The notes beneath the pieces were generated by a model. It was given only the letters and a program-made list of their open reading frames with translations, was not told the DNA's origin and ran no database searches. DNA of 64,000 bases from assembly GCA_050951925.1 (NCBI GenBank), contig JBMNJZ010000001.1, forward strand, positions 915,015 to 979,014, given 5' to 3'. Origin of the DNA: Saccharofermentanales bacterium. Its GTDB lineage: Bacteria; Bacillota; Clostridia; Saccharofermentanales; DTU023. Both the position numbers and the translations under genes were made by a program. Within the stretch, counting starts at the first letter, position 1. Every line of letters begins with the position of its first letter. Below, in pieces: positions 9,801 to 15,305 of this stretch.

Positions 9801-9833
9801 ATTTTTTAACTGGCTGTCAATTCTTGTTTTCAC
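3837..9833 (-). CDS. Giant (1998 aa) modular protein with a type IV prepilin N-terminus, two GLUG-like repeat blocks and a Listeria-Bacteroides-type repeat
   Basis: GTG start at 9833 with GGAGG 7 nt upstream. The N-terminus is MKTRIDSQLKNKKG|LTLIQTLIVVAIVVILLGVAFIGI (Gln at +5). The ORF is uninterrupted for 5994 nt. There are GG-hydrophobic-x-G repeats at aa ~440-650 and ~1060-1330, and FAGWYVYDGE...DIELYARW at aa 1747-1798. Confidence 0.85.
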   Translation of the reverse strand: MKTRIDSQLKNKKGLTLIQTLIVVAIVVILLGVAFIGIQGLVDRINQTKLDNIAQSMYVSAQNRIKELKASGGIDSLLTATELGEVDVKPADWGEDTAAVNPGNLKYFYHDKDNPGNSTPSDLVDFIFPPGSIDGDVRDDNWVIEFDPVTGYVYSAFYSEKRSSGNYYIDNDETLNGDSSIRFKDPRHSLKGNNKIGYYGGKANMPADVSGNMINASLNVINADILQANMTAILPSDSDISDLEFKLAVKGKTSGNTVTLLQTVTPDPVTKVFSASVILDKLDVDPETNQSQYFKDTFGAITWEPDYAEPRTGALIPGEDLELSFTVSSSDNSVPDVGPIERTTNSLFASLNPENPTEANIAYGRHLQNLNISTSRLPANAITSAKQISDIDFNDVSDDNWSLEKPFLWKSIYGDKTFTPINNSSLMTYSGYIAPPAADSFKIINMHIGNSSEPAGLFGSFAGTNISGVTLVNEKIEGGTDVGGLAGRTTSDLTIKDCRLYIEKEYFASESTYADNILLKGTANVGGFVGSSSTDSTLTIQNSFAATIIEGTGSIGGLIGSKTNGSAIIQNSYADSYLIGGASTSKIGGLAGALTAGSSISGSYSAGFGIMKTGLAEGIIDSAAGFVPNNISSITNSYSLFNCSESQATHIYSTAPDATTVQNVYYFGSEDNKLEDSQKYEFTSNAAAATLLGSPFSDDENEFDTYPYNQNNQKENLELLVIYPYVSIEGLPHYGDWLPPISEEEPEYGKAGLFYWEKVTGGSAQGQGYKIYMVGRKNGEGGEYEAVYHNTTSTAHNTGGIVKEYGYGYYVAKKGGGTETYALDVSWLNVNVSATNPVTTNASADSYFNENYPGYKFYCYTTCDETNLATSYKTNGVDANGRLYKDNYMFMTGNVQNATVTLTAGEDDPLNYTFCPFFAKSIKLTGWNTWNNAGTQPAPQYEPGTGNNKYRIRSLDQLQFINWNSVNRNCDQRISRTNYNYFPYLHATKKGSQIEYSDASGWTYNAEAEPEVWNDFGQSRARQNFIQDYDIECIRRTSYSPIAALGETSGKSYRLPFFAWFGGTFDGQSYKIKNLSITSSCYSVGVFGLTVSSTIKNVVLIRDSNNTPAVIKRPAESPAGYYAIGTLVGMANEYDDDYDNYNGKIENCAVAGYEISDESNQPVSCGEATIGGLAGVLRTNINRCSAVTTIGINTDRNRGTSVGSGYKDNITVGGIAGTNQTKINNCYSGGRVIVNHSLIYPESDQLNIYISGIASSAFTCSAVNMHAEEASAFISPKYYNCYSYMDLPLPEGNVKVAVIGGDACYNENNLLPKQLGGELNNCYYYANNYLTGQLIIASAESGWVDNGINSKSYDDMSLQQFCDDLNSGSPQNSYHKVTANYSFPCGEASLEGEDYPFATVITQEYPGGKKYVHYGEWPKNRRLELTESEMGLDLISYHTDAVTGEDIDDYVDETEVQFFDGDGYTDILVLNFEIRKDNGEWVNFADNPSVSINDKVEISASETEGIISKLTVTGIDKTETPTIILFRYSDSGKYYMATLKVDVTAIVNLSAEPINPEVWHPGERQRLERGDTVNWNLILRDQWNNLINTNEMTVSGNWTFTFEFNPEENAVGFSSDIYRAMATLDPSPFYLEATAQNAGNADFKVQALKIEARDKTNIDSEGNIRTFDSNVLNLRALWCTGKLILKHYNLDGTATENEEYINNHYLYNNGDQGVDPALISTNTDKSFSALNIEMSDKGSLLDSSSSFAGWYVYDGEDLKKLLNTNGTIYTDDGDIAGITEDGKFNINPEQDIELYARWKIPYNLKFVSGASYDDPLPTTTNTEEKYLVVARVVGESDTEYYCMTGESPPGLGPGSDNPVTTTQVYLQHIGGDDYHLASPVSENTMLWDVTNDVPDGVGTEYLKLSNTHNETYIKKPTGGSNTNAVFCGATSGPGLYGAKYYSDMHNLFFQSFWRILFDNSNNKFILNNSNKNIIKNQDGGIWLFKYHTSLQERLHEFK

Positions 9834-9976
9834 GGTGTACCTCCGCTATTCAAACGGCATTGACGGTTTAGTTCACTTGGCCTAGTTATAAAACTATTAT
9901 AATTATAATTGTTTGCATTATAAAATATTGCAACCGGTCTGTCATGTACGAATCCCTATTGCTCAATGTTTGGGCA

Positions 9977-10109
9977 CTTGAGTTTTGCGCCGTTGCGCTT
10001 CTCTAGGTCTGCCAGCAGTATTTAAGTGCGAGCCTCTAAAATAGATACACTCATCAATGCTGGATCTTATGTCCATGCTAGCATAGAAACGGCGCAAATT
10101 AAACTCAAG
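9977..10109. repeat. 18-bp inverted-repeat pair flanking a 93-bp segment, upstream of the pilin operon
   Basis: The left arm cttgagttttgcgccgtt (9977-9994) is the exact reverse complement of aacggcgcaa (10088-10097) plus aactcaag (10102-10109). The right arm carries a 4-nt insertion (atta). Confidence 0.85.
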
Positions 10110-10277
10110 GGTTCCCTCTCAAAGCAGGAACGACATATTTGGTATAAAAATGGTACAAAACAGCCGAAAGCGGGTAAGAAATCTAAAAGCAAAACCCGCT
10201 GAAATATCTATGTTCCAACGGGCTCGGACTTGGCATCGTACAATAAAATGAATACAATCCACTTGAAAGTATGTCGT

Positions 10278-10354
10278 GGGTGCATTTGGGTGTATTTCTG
10301 AAAACCGGGTGCACCGCTCAGTTTAGGGTGCATTCATTGTTGCAACAAGGTGCA
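10278..10354 (+). repeat. Array of five direct GGTGCA-type repeats plus a 12-bp palindrome
   Basis: GGGTGCA occurs at 10278, 10307 and 10326, GGGTGTA at 10288 and AGGTGCA at 10348. The spacings are 10, 19, 19 and 22 bp. The third copy is part of the palindrome GGTGCACC (10308-10315). ttgttgcaacaa (10337-10348) is a perfect palindrome. Confidence 0.8.
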
Positions 10355-10381
10355 TGGGCAGTATATGCCGATTCTGCTTCT

Positions 10382-11704
10382 TTATAGCAGATTGTCAATC
10401 TCCTCAAGCAGGAACGGGATGATTCCCACATAACTGATGCCATTTTCATCTGTGTGCATTTTTGCATTACCGCCTGTTACTACAAGTTTTCTAAATGAAT
10501 CCCCGCTTTTTAGGAGAGGAAGAATTTCTTGCTGATGTTTTTCCGCATCATGGATGCTGAAAGCGGACTGTATGTAGACCTTTTGGTTTCCCCTATTTAC
10601 TACAAAATCAATCTCGTGCCATCGTTCGGGGAGCAGCCTGCCAGCCACGGTTTTTGTAAAACGTACGGAACCCACATCTACCGCAAATCCACGAAGCACC
10701 AATTCATTATGCAAAATATTTTCCATCAAGTGAGTCTCTTCAATCTGTCGAAAATTCAGCCTGGCGTTTCGTAAGCCAACATCTTCCGCATAGTATTTTA
10801 CAGGAGAATTAAAATATGTCTTCCCTTTCACATCGTAGCGCCTGACTTTGGTAAAAAGAAACGCATCCTCTATCGCATCCAGGTATTTCTTTACGGTTTT
10901 ATCTGTTGTGCCCGCACGGCGAACTGAGTTTAAGGTGTTTGCCAGCTTTGATGGGTTAGTCAGGCTGCCAACATTGGAAGCCAGCACATCCACCAGGTCA
11001 TTCACATATGAGTCCGCCACCCGGTATCTTTCCGCAATATCAGCCACATATACTCGCTCAAACAAACTGGACAAGTACGCCTCTCTCTCCCTTGGGTTCT
11101 TTTCCAGCACGGCAAGCGGCATGCCGCCATACACCAGGTATTCTTCCCAGGCGTCCGCCTTTTCCATATCAGAAACGGAATAAAATTCTGCAAAGCTGAA
11201 AGGGTGCAGGCGTATTTCAATGCCTCTGTCACGGAAGTTGGTGGCAACGTCCTTGGACAGCATCTTGGAGTTGCTTCCGGTCACATAAATGTCCAAATTG
11301 CGTCGGGTCATCAAATCGCTGAGGATGTCGTAGAAGGTGGTGTATAGCAGTTCCCGATCTTCTTCAGGCACCTGACTTTCATCCACATCTAAGCGCTTGA
11401 CCTTGTAAGAGAGCTGAATTTCATCAATGAACAAATAAAACTGTTTGTTTCTACTTTCAATTTTTTCAACAACATACTGATGCAGGGTATTAGGGTTGCG
11501 CATGGCTTCATACTGTTTCTGGTCCAGCGCAATCTCAATGATCTGGCTGTCATCTATGCCTTGCTGATGAAGGTATTCTTTGAAAAGTCGAAACAGCAAA
11601 AATGACTTTCCGCAACGGCGTATCCCAGTAATGATTTTAATTCGACTATTGTGCATCATACTAATGAGACGCTTCAAAGGTCGCTCTCGATCAATGACTT
11701 TCAT
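10382..11704 (-). CDS. AAA+ ATPase of the AAA_14/DUF4143 type (function unknown)
   Basis: 440 aa. It has a Walker A GIRRCGKS near the N-terminus and a Walker B-like LFIDEIQ. The C-terminal half is typical of the widespread 'ATP-binding protein' family with a DUF4143 domain. There is an AAGGAG RBS upstream of the ATG. Confidence 0.75.
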   Translation of the reverse strand: MKVIDRERPLKRLISMMHNSRIKIITGIRRCGKSFLLFRLFKEYLHQQGIDDSQIIEIALDQKQYEAMRNPNTLHQYVVEKIESRNKQFYLFIDEIQLSYKVKRLDVDESQVPEEDRELLYTTFYDILSDLMTRRNLDIYVTGSNSKMLSKDVATNFRDRGIEIRLHPFSFAEFYSVSDMEKADAWEEYLVYGGMPLAVLEKNPREREAYLSSLFERVYVADIAERYRVADSYVNDLVDVLASNVGSLTNPSKLANTLNSVRRAGTTDKTVKKYLDAIEDAFLFTKVRRYDVKGKTYFNSPVKYYAEDVGLRNARLNFRQIEETHLMENILHNELVLRGFAVDVGSVRFTKTVAGRLLPERWHEIDFVVNRGNQKVYIQSAFSIHDAEKHQQEILPLLKSGDSFRKLVVTGGNAKMHTDENGISYVGIIPFLLEEIDNLL

Positions 11705-11718
11705 AAGGACTCCTTATG

Positions 11719-11821
11719 ACGGATTTCATCGATAGTCGATAAAATCCGTACTTAAGGTATAATTTTACACCATTGTTATTTTCTGCGCAAACCGGATTTC
11801 ATCGAGACTCGACGAAATCCG
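11719..11821 (-). repeat. Two related ~30-nt perfect or near-perfect hairpins/palindromes in the ATPase leader
   Basis: Copy 1 is at 11719-11749 (acggatttcatcga tag tcgataaaatccgt). Copy 2 is at 11793-11821 (cggatttcatcgag a ctcgacgaaatccg). The single mismatch in each becomes a G-U wobble only when read on the minus strand. Confidence 0.7.
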
Positions 11822-12099
11822 TCTTGATGACATAATAAAACCTGAAATGAAGATATCGGAGTAAGCATTTCCGACAACCACACTTTCTACTGAAAAAACC
11901 TGCTTAAAACGAGAAAAAATCAACCAGAAACAGAACCGACCCTGTGTTAGCTTGCTCACATTCAGATTATCGAACAATTCGTAATCGAAAAGTGCAAAAT
12001 TATAAAGCTGCAAGATGTTGAGACTACCGGTTTTCATGGTTTCAACATGAATGAGGGTGCCCAATTCACTTAATAAAGTGTTTTGAGACACCCCCGACT

Positions 12100-12176
12100 T
12101 GGTGGGTGGTAGTGGAGTCGAACCACCGACCCCCTGCATGTCACGCAGGTACTCTAACCAGCTGAGCTAACCACCC
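12100..12176 (-). tRNA. tRNA-Val (anticodon GAC), CCA encoded
   Basis: The reverse complement folds by hand as a cloverleaf: acceptor GGGTGGT/ACCACCC, D-arm GCTC..GAGT, anticodon stem CCTGC/GCAGG with loop GTGACAT, T-arm GGTGG TTCGACT CCACT, and 3' ACCA. Confidence 0.9.
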
Positions 12177-12372
12177 GCAAGCTAGGTTAGGATACATTAA
12201 TCAGGAGGTTTCTGTCAAGTGCGCTTTCCCGGTTGTGCTTTCCCCCTTTACCGGTTTCTCTGTTCTGTTCCGGCGCAGATCCGGCGCAGATCCGGCGCTG
12301 GTTTCTTAATTCTTCAGCAAGTTCATATGGGATACGAAGTGGTTAGAAATTGAGTCTTTGGAATAGTTCGGC

Positions 12373-12963
12373 TCATTGTATTTTGTCGCGGAGGACATGG
12401 CCGAAGATGCCGTTTTTGAACAGATCATAAAAGAAGTTAGAAATTCGTTCAGCATCCACCAGCCCCTCGGTTTTTCGCGTCAGATAGCTCAGGGTGTGCA
12501 AAAATCCGCCGACGAAAAGTTCGAGGGTATAGTCCAATTCCAGCTCACTCAGACCTAAGCGCGGCTCTATGAGTTCACTTACAGCTTGCTTGATGGCGGT
12601 GACGAGGCGATGCATAAAATGCCGATTGCCATTTGGCCCTAATAAGATATCAAATTTGCTTTGATTTTGATTATGAAAATACAGGATCTGTTGCAATAAT
12701 TGTTTGGAAGAGCTGTCTTGCCGGGCGCCGATGATGAGGATTTCTTTGAGGACTTCTTTGGATGGTATCAATTCATCTTCGATCGCTTCGAGTACGGCGG
12801 GAGCATCCTGGAAATAATAATAGAAGGTGGACCGGTTTATATCGAGGTCTTTAGCGATTTCGGTGACGGAAACCATCTGCCCCGGATTTCCTTTGTATTT
12901 CTGCCAGAAGGTGTCGATAATTTGACTGCGGGTATGAGCCGTTTTCTCTGCTTGTTTTCCCAT
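12373..12963 (-). CDS. TetR/AcrR-family transcriptional regulator
   Basis: The N-terminal HTH region is TRSQIIDTFWQKYKGNPGQMVSVTEIAKDLDINRSTFYYYF. I chose the start at the ATG with a GGAG 6 nt upstream (MGKQAEK...). The longer track ORF start has no RBS. Confidence 0.75.
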   Translation of the reverse strand: MGKQAEKTAHTRSQIIDTFWQKYKGNPGQMVSVTEIAKDLDINRSTFYYYFQDAPAVLEAIEDELIPSKEVLKEILIIGARQDSSSKQLLQQILYFHNQNQSKFDILLGPNGNRHFMHRLVTAIKQAVSELIEPRLGLSELELDYTLELFVGGFLHTLSYLTRKTEGLVDAERISNFFYDLFKNGIFGHVLRDKIQ

Positions 12964-13243
12964 TTCGTTCTCCATCCCTGCCCGGCAGTTGCGGCCGGCG
13001 TGATCAGCAAAGGTATGTGCCAAGAGTGTACGCTGTTTCCGATAAAGATGCAAAAGTAAAAATCAGGAAAGAATTTTTTGCCAAACACGCCAAAACCCGA
13101 CAGATAGCCGATTTTGTTGGTGTGATTTGCCTGTGTAATCTTTTATTATTTAATCAGGAAGATAATAGGGGGTAATGGGCTCTTTTATGTGGAAGTGTTT
13201 TCAGGAACCGCCTATATTTCCAAATAATTTTTAGAGGTAATAA

Positions 13244-15073
13244 ATGAAAGCTCAAGATCCTAAACACAATAGTCCCAGAAAGAAACTGGCGACATATTAT
13301 GGCATAGCCATACTTATCATAATTTTCTTAAATTACGTTGTTTTCCCGCTGTTGTTTTATCCCAGGCCGAGACAGGTGGCTTACAGCCAATTTATGCGGG
13401 ATGTAGATCGCGGTATTGTCACGCAAGTTGAAGTTTCCGATACGGAGATTCAATATGCTACGCGAGAGGGCGAACAGGTCAGTTATTTTAAAACGGGCAT
13501 TATGAATGATCCTGATCTGATCGCTAATTTAGAAGCAAAAAGTGTTGAGTTCGGTGCCGTTATTCCGGAGCGCCCCAATACCTTTTTATCGTTGCTGCTT
13601 ACTTGGGGCTTGCCCATTTTATTCTTTGTGATGATGGGCCGTTTCGTGTCGCGTTCGCTGCGGGGGAGAATGACCGCCAGCGGTATGAGTTTCAGCGGTC
13701 ATAATGCGGCGCGCATTTATGTTCCGGACGAAGATAAAAAAGATTTTTCGGATGTTGCCGGTCAGGACGAGGCCAAAGAATCCTTAAAAGAGATTATTGA
13801 TTTCCTGGAGGACCCGGAAAAGTATAAAAATATTGGCGCCAGATGTCCGAAAGGCGTTTTGCTTGTAGGACCGCCGGGTACGGGAAAGACCTTGATTGCC
13901 AAAGCTGTTGCCGGCGAGGCGGATGTCCCGTTCTTTTCGATTTCCGGTTCGGAATTTGTCGAGATGTTCGTTGGACGGGGCGCGGCGAAAGTGCGTGAGC
14001 TGTTCGAACAAGCTTCAAAAAAAGCGCCCTGTATTGTCTTTATCGACGAGATCGATACCATCGGCAAAAAACGCGATAGCCAGCTGGCGACCAATGATGA
14101 GCGCGAACAAACATTGAATCAGCTTTTAACGGAGATGGATGGCTTTGACAGCAATAAGGGCGTGATCATTCTGGCGGCGACTAACCGTCCGGAGATACTC
14201 GACCCCGCTTTACTGCGCCCCGGTCGCTTTGACCGCCTGGTGCGCGTTGAATTGCCTGATCTGCAAGATCGCGTTGCGCTTATGAAAGTGCATCTGCGCA
14301 AGGTAAAACATGCGGAAGATCTGGACTATTCTCTGATAGCCCGCATGACAGCCGGTGCTTCCGGCGCCGATATGGCGAATATTGCAAATGAGGCGGCATT
14401 GCGTGCCGTGCGCATGGGTCGTGAGCTTGTGACAACGGCTGATCTTGAGGAGTCAATCGAAACAGTCATCGCCGGGCAACAAAAGAAAAATGCCATCTTA
14501 TCGGATCAGGAAAAAGAGATTGTTGCCTATCATGAGATCGGTCATGCGTTAGTGGCGGCAAATCAGACAGGCGCCGCCCCTGTCCAGAAAATTACCATCA
14601 TTCCCAGGACATCGGGAGCCTTGGGCTATACCATGCAGGTTGAGGAAGAAGAAAAGTCGTTGCTGAGTAAGCGTGACGCGCTGAATCGGCTCGAGGTTCT
14701 CTGTGGCGGCAGAGCGGCGGAAGAGATTGTCTTTAACGAAATTACAACGGGCGCCGCCAATGATATTGAAAAAGTGACTCAGTTGGCTCGTCAAATGGTT
14801 ACGCAATACGGTATGTCTGAGCGCTTTGGCATGATGGCGCTTGAGGCGTCAGGATCCCAGTATTTAGGCGGGGAGAGCAGACTATCCTGCTCTTCGGAAA
14901 CAGCTAAAGAGATTGATAAGGAAGTTTTGGCCTTGATTCAGAAGAGCCATGATAATGCGCGGGATATTCTGACGGCCAATCGGGACAAGCTTGATCAATT
15001 AGCCGCGCATCTGATCGAAAAGGAAACGATCACCGGCGCGGAATTCATGGAGATTTTAACGGGGGAAGAATAG
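13244..15073 (+). CDS. ftsH: ATP-dependent zinc metalloprotease FtsH
   Basis: It has an N-terminal TM pair, the AAA Walker A GPPGTGKT, Walker B IVFIDEID, an SRH region and the zinc motif HEIGHA. Confidence 0.95.
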   Translation: MKAQDPKHNSPRKKLATYYGIAILIIIFLNYVVFPLLFYPRPRQVAYSQFMRDVDRGIVTQVEVSDTEIQYATREGEQVSYFKTGIMNDPDLIANLEAKSVEFGAVIPERPNTFLSLLLTWGLPILFFVMMGRFVSRSLRGRMTASGMSFSGHNAARIYVPDEDKKDFSDVAGQDEAKESLKEIIDFLEDPEKYKNIGARCPKGVLLVGPPGTGKTLIAKAVAGEADVPFFSISGSEFVEMFVGRGAAKVRELFEQASKKAPCIVFIDEIDTIGKKRDSQLATNDEREQTLNQLLTEMDGFDSNKGVIILAATNRPEILDPALLRPGRFDRLVRVELPDLQDRVALMKVHLRKVKHAEDLDYSLIARMTAGASGADMANIANEAALRAVRMGRELVTTADLEESIETVIAGQQKKNAILSDQEKEIVAYHEIGHALVAANQTGAAPVQKITIIPRTSGALGYTMQVEEEEKSLLSKRDALNRLEVLCGGRAAEEIVFNEITTGAANDIEKVTQLARQMVTQYGMSERFGMMALEASGSQYLGGESRLSCSSETAKEIDKEVLALIQKSHDNARDILTANRDKLDQLAAHLIEKETITGAEFMEILTGEE

Positions 15074-15305
15074 TACCCGGCGCCGAATGCGACTGTTTTG
15101 CTTCCGCCCGCCATATGGTATCAGATAGCAGTAAAAGCTTAAGTGGCGGTGCCTGCCGAGAACCGGCGGCGCCGTCGCTTAAATCTTTGTCTCCCTTGTC
15201 GTTGGTAAAAGATCACTGTCTGCCGTACTTTGACAGTTATGATAACCCTCTTCTATAATCATTTAATGTGGAGACGTAGTGTGAGGCTTAATGTGATGGT
15301 GAGAC

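Noticed and set aside
9834-10120. A possible c-di-GMP riboswitch in the leader of the pilin operon, by analogy with the Clostridioides difficile pilA1 leader
   Set aside because: Reading the minus strand, I could not find the conserved GEMM-type elements (paired GNRA-tetraloop/receptor hairpins, the ACGCAAAGC-like core). There was only a vague GGCGCAAAAC. The likely promoter also sits close to the gene, leaving a short leader. A covariance-model scan would settle it.
10278-10354. The GGTGCA repeat array as a CRISPR array
   Set aside because: The repeat units are only 6-7 nt with 10-22-bp spacing, far shorter than CRISPR repeats and spacers, and no cas genes are present.
11765-12139. A 124-aa minus-strand ORF between the ATPase gene and tRNA-Val
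   Set aside because: Its 5' end overlaps the tRNA-Val gene and it reads through one of the conserved hairpins. It has no RBS and no recognisable motif. A shorter internal start (MKTGSL...) cannot be excluded, but nothing supports it.
1-12176. The idea that the pilus/ATPase block is a compositionally distinct (AT-rich) genomic island at tRNA-Val
   Set aside because: My hand counts of individual 60-nt lines gave 35-58% GC inside the block and 42-57% in clearly core regions (infB, dcw, activase). The ranges overlap, so I cannot support a compositional break by eye. No integrase or tRNA-derived direct repeat was seen.
12270-12298. A tandem 11-bp repeat, ccggcgcagat x2.6, between tRNA-Val and the TetR gene
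   Set aside because: It is real but tiny. It is most simply a slippage duplication in a non-coding spacer, and nothing suggests a function.
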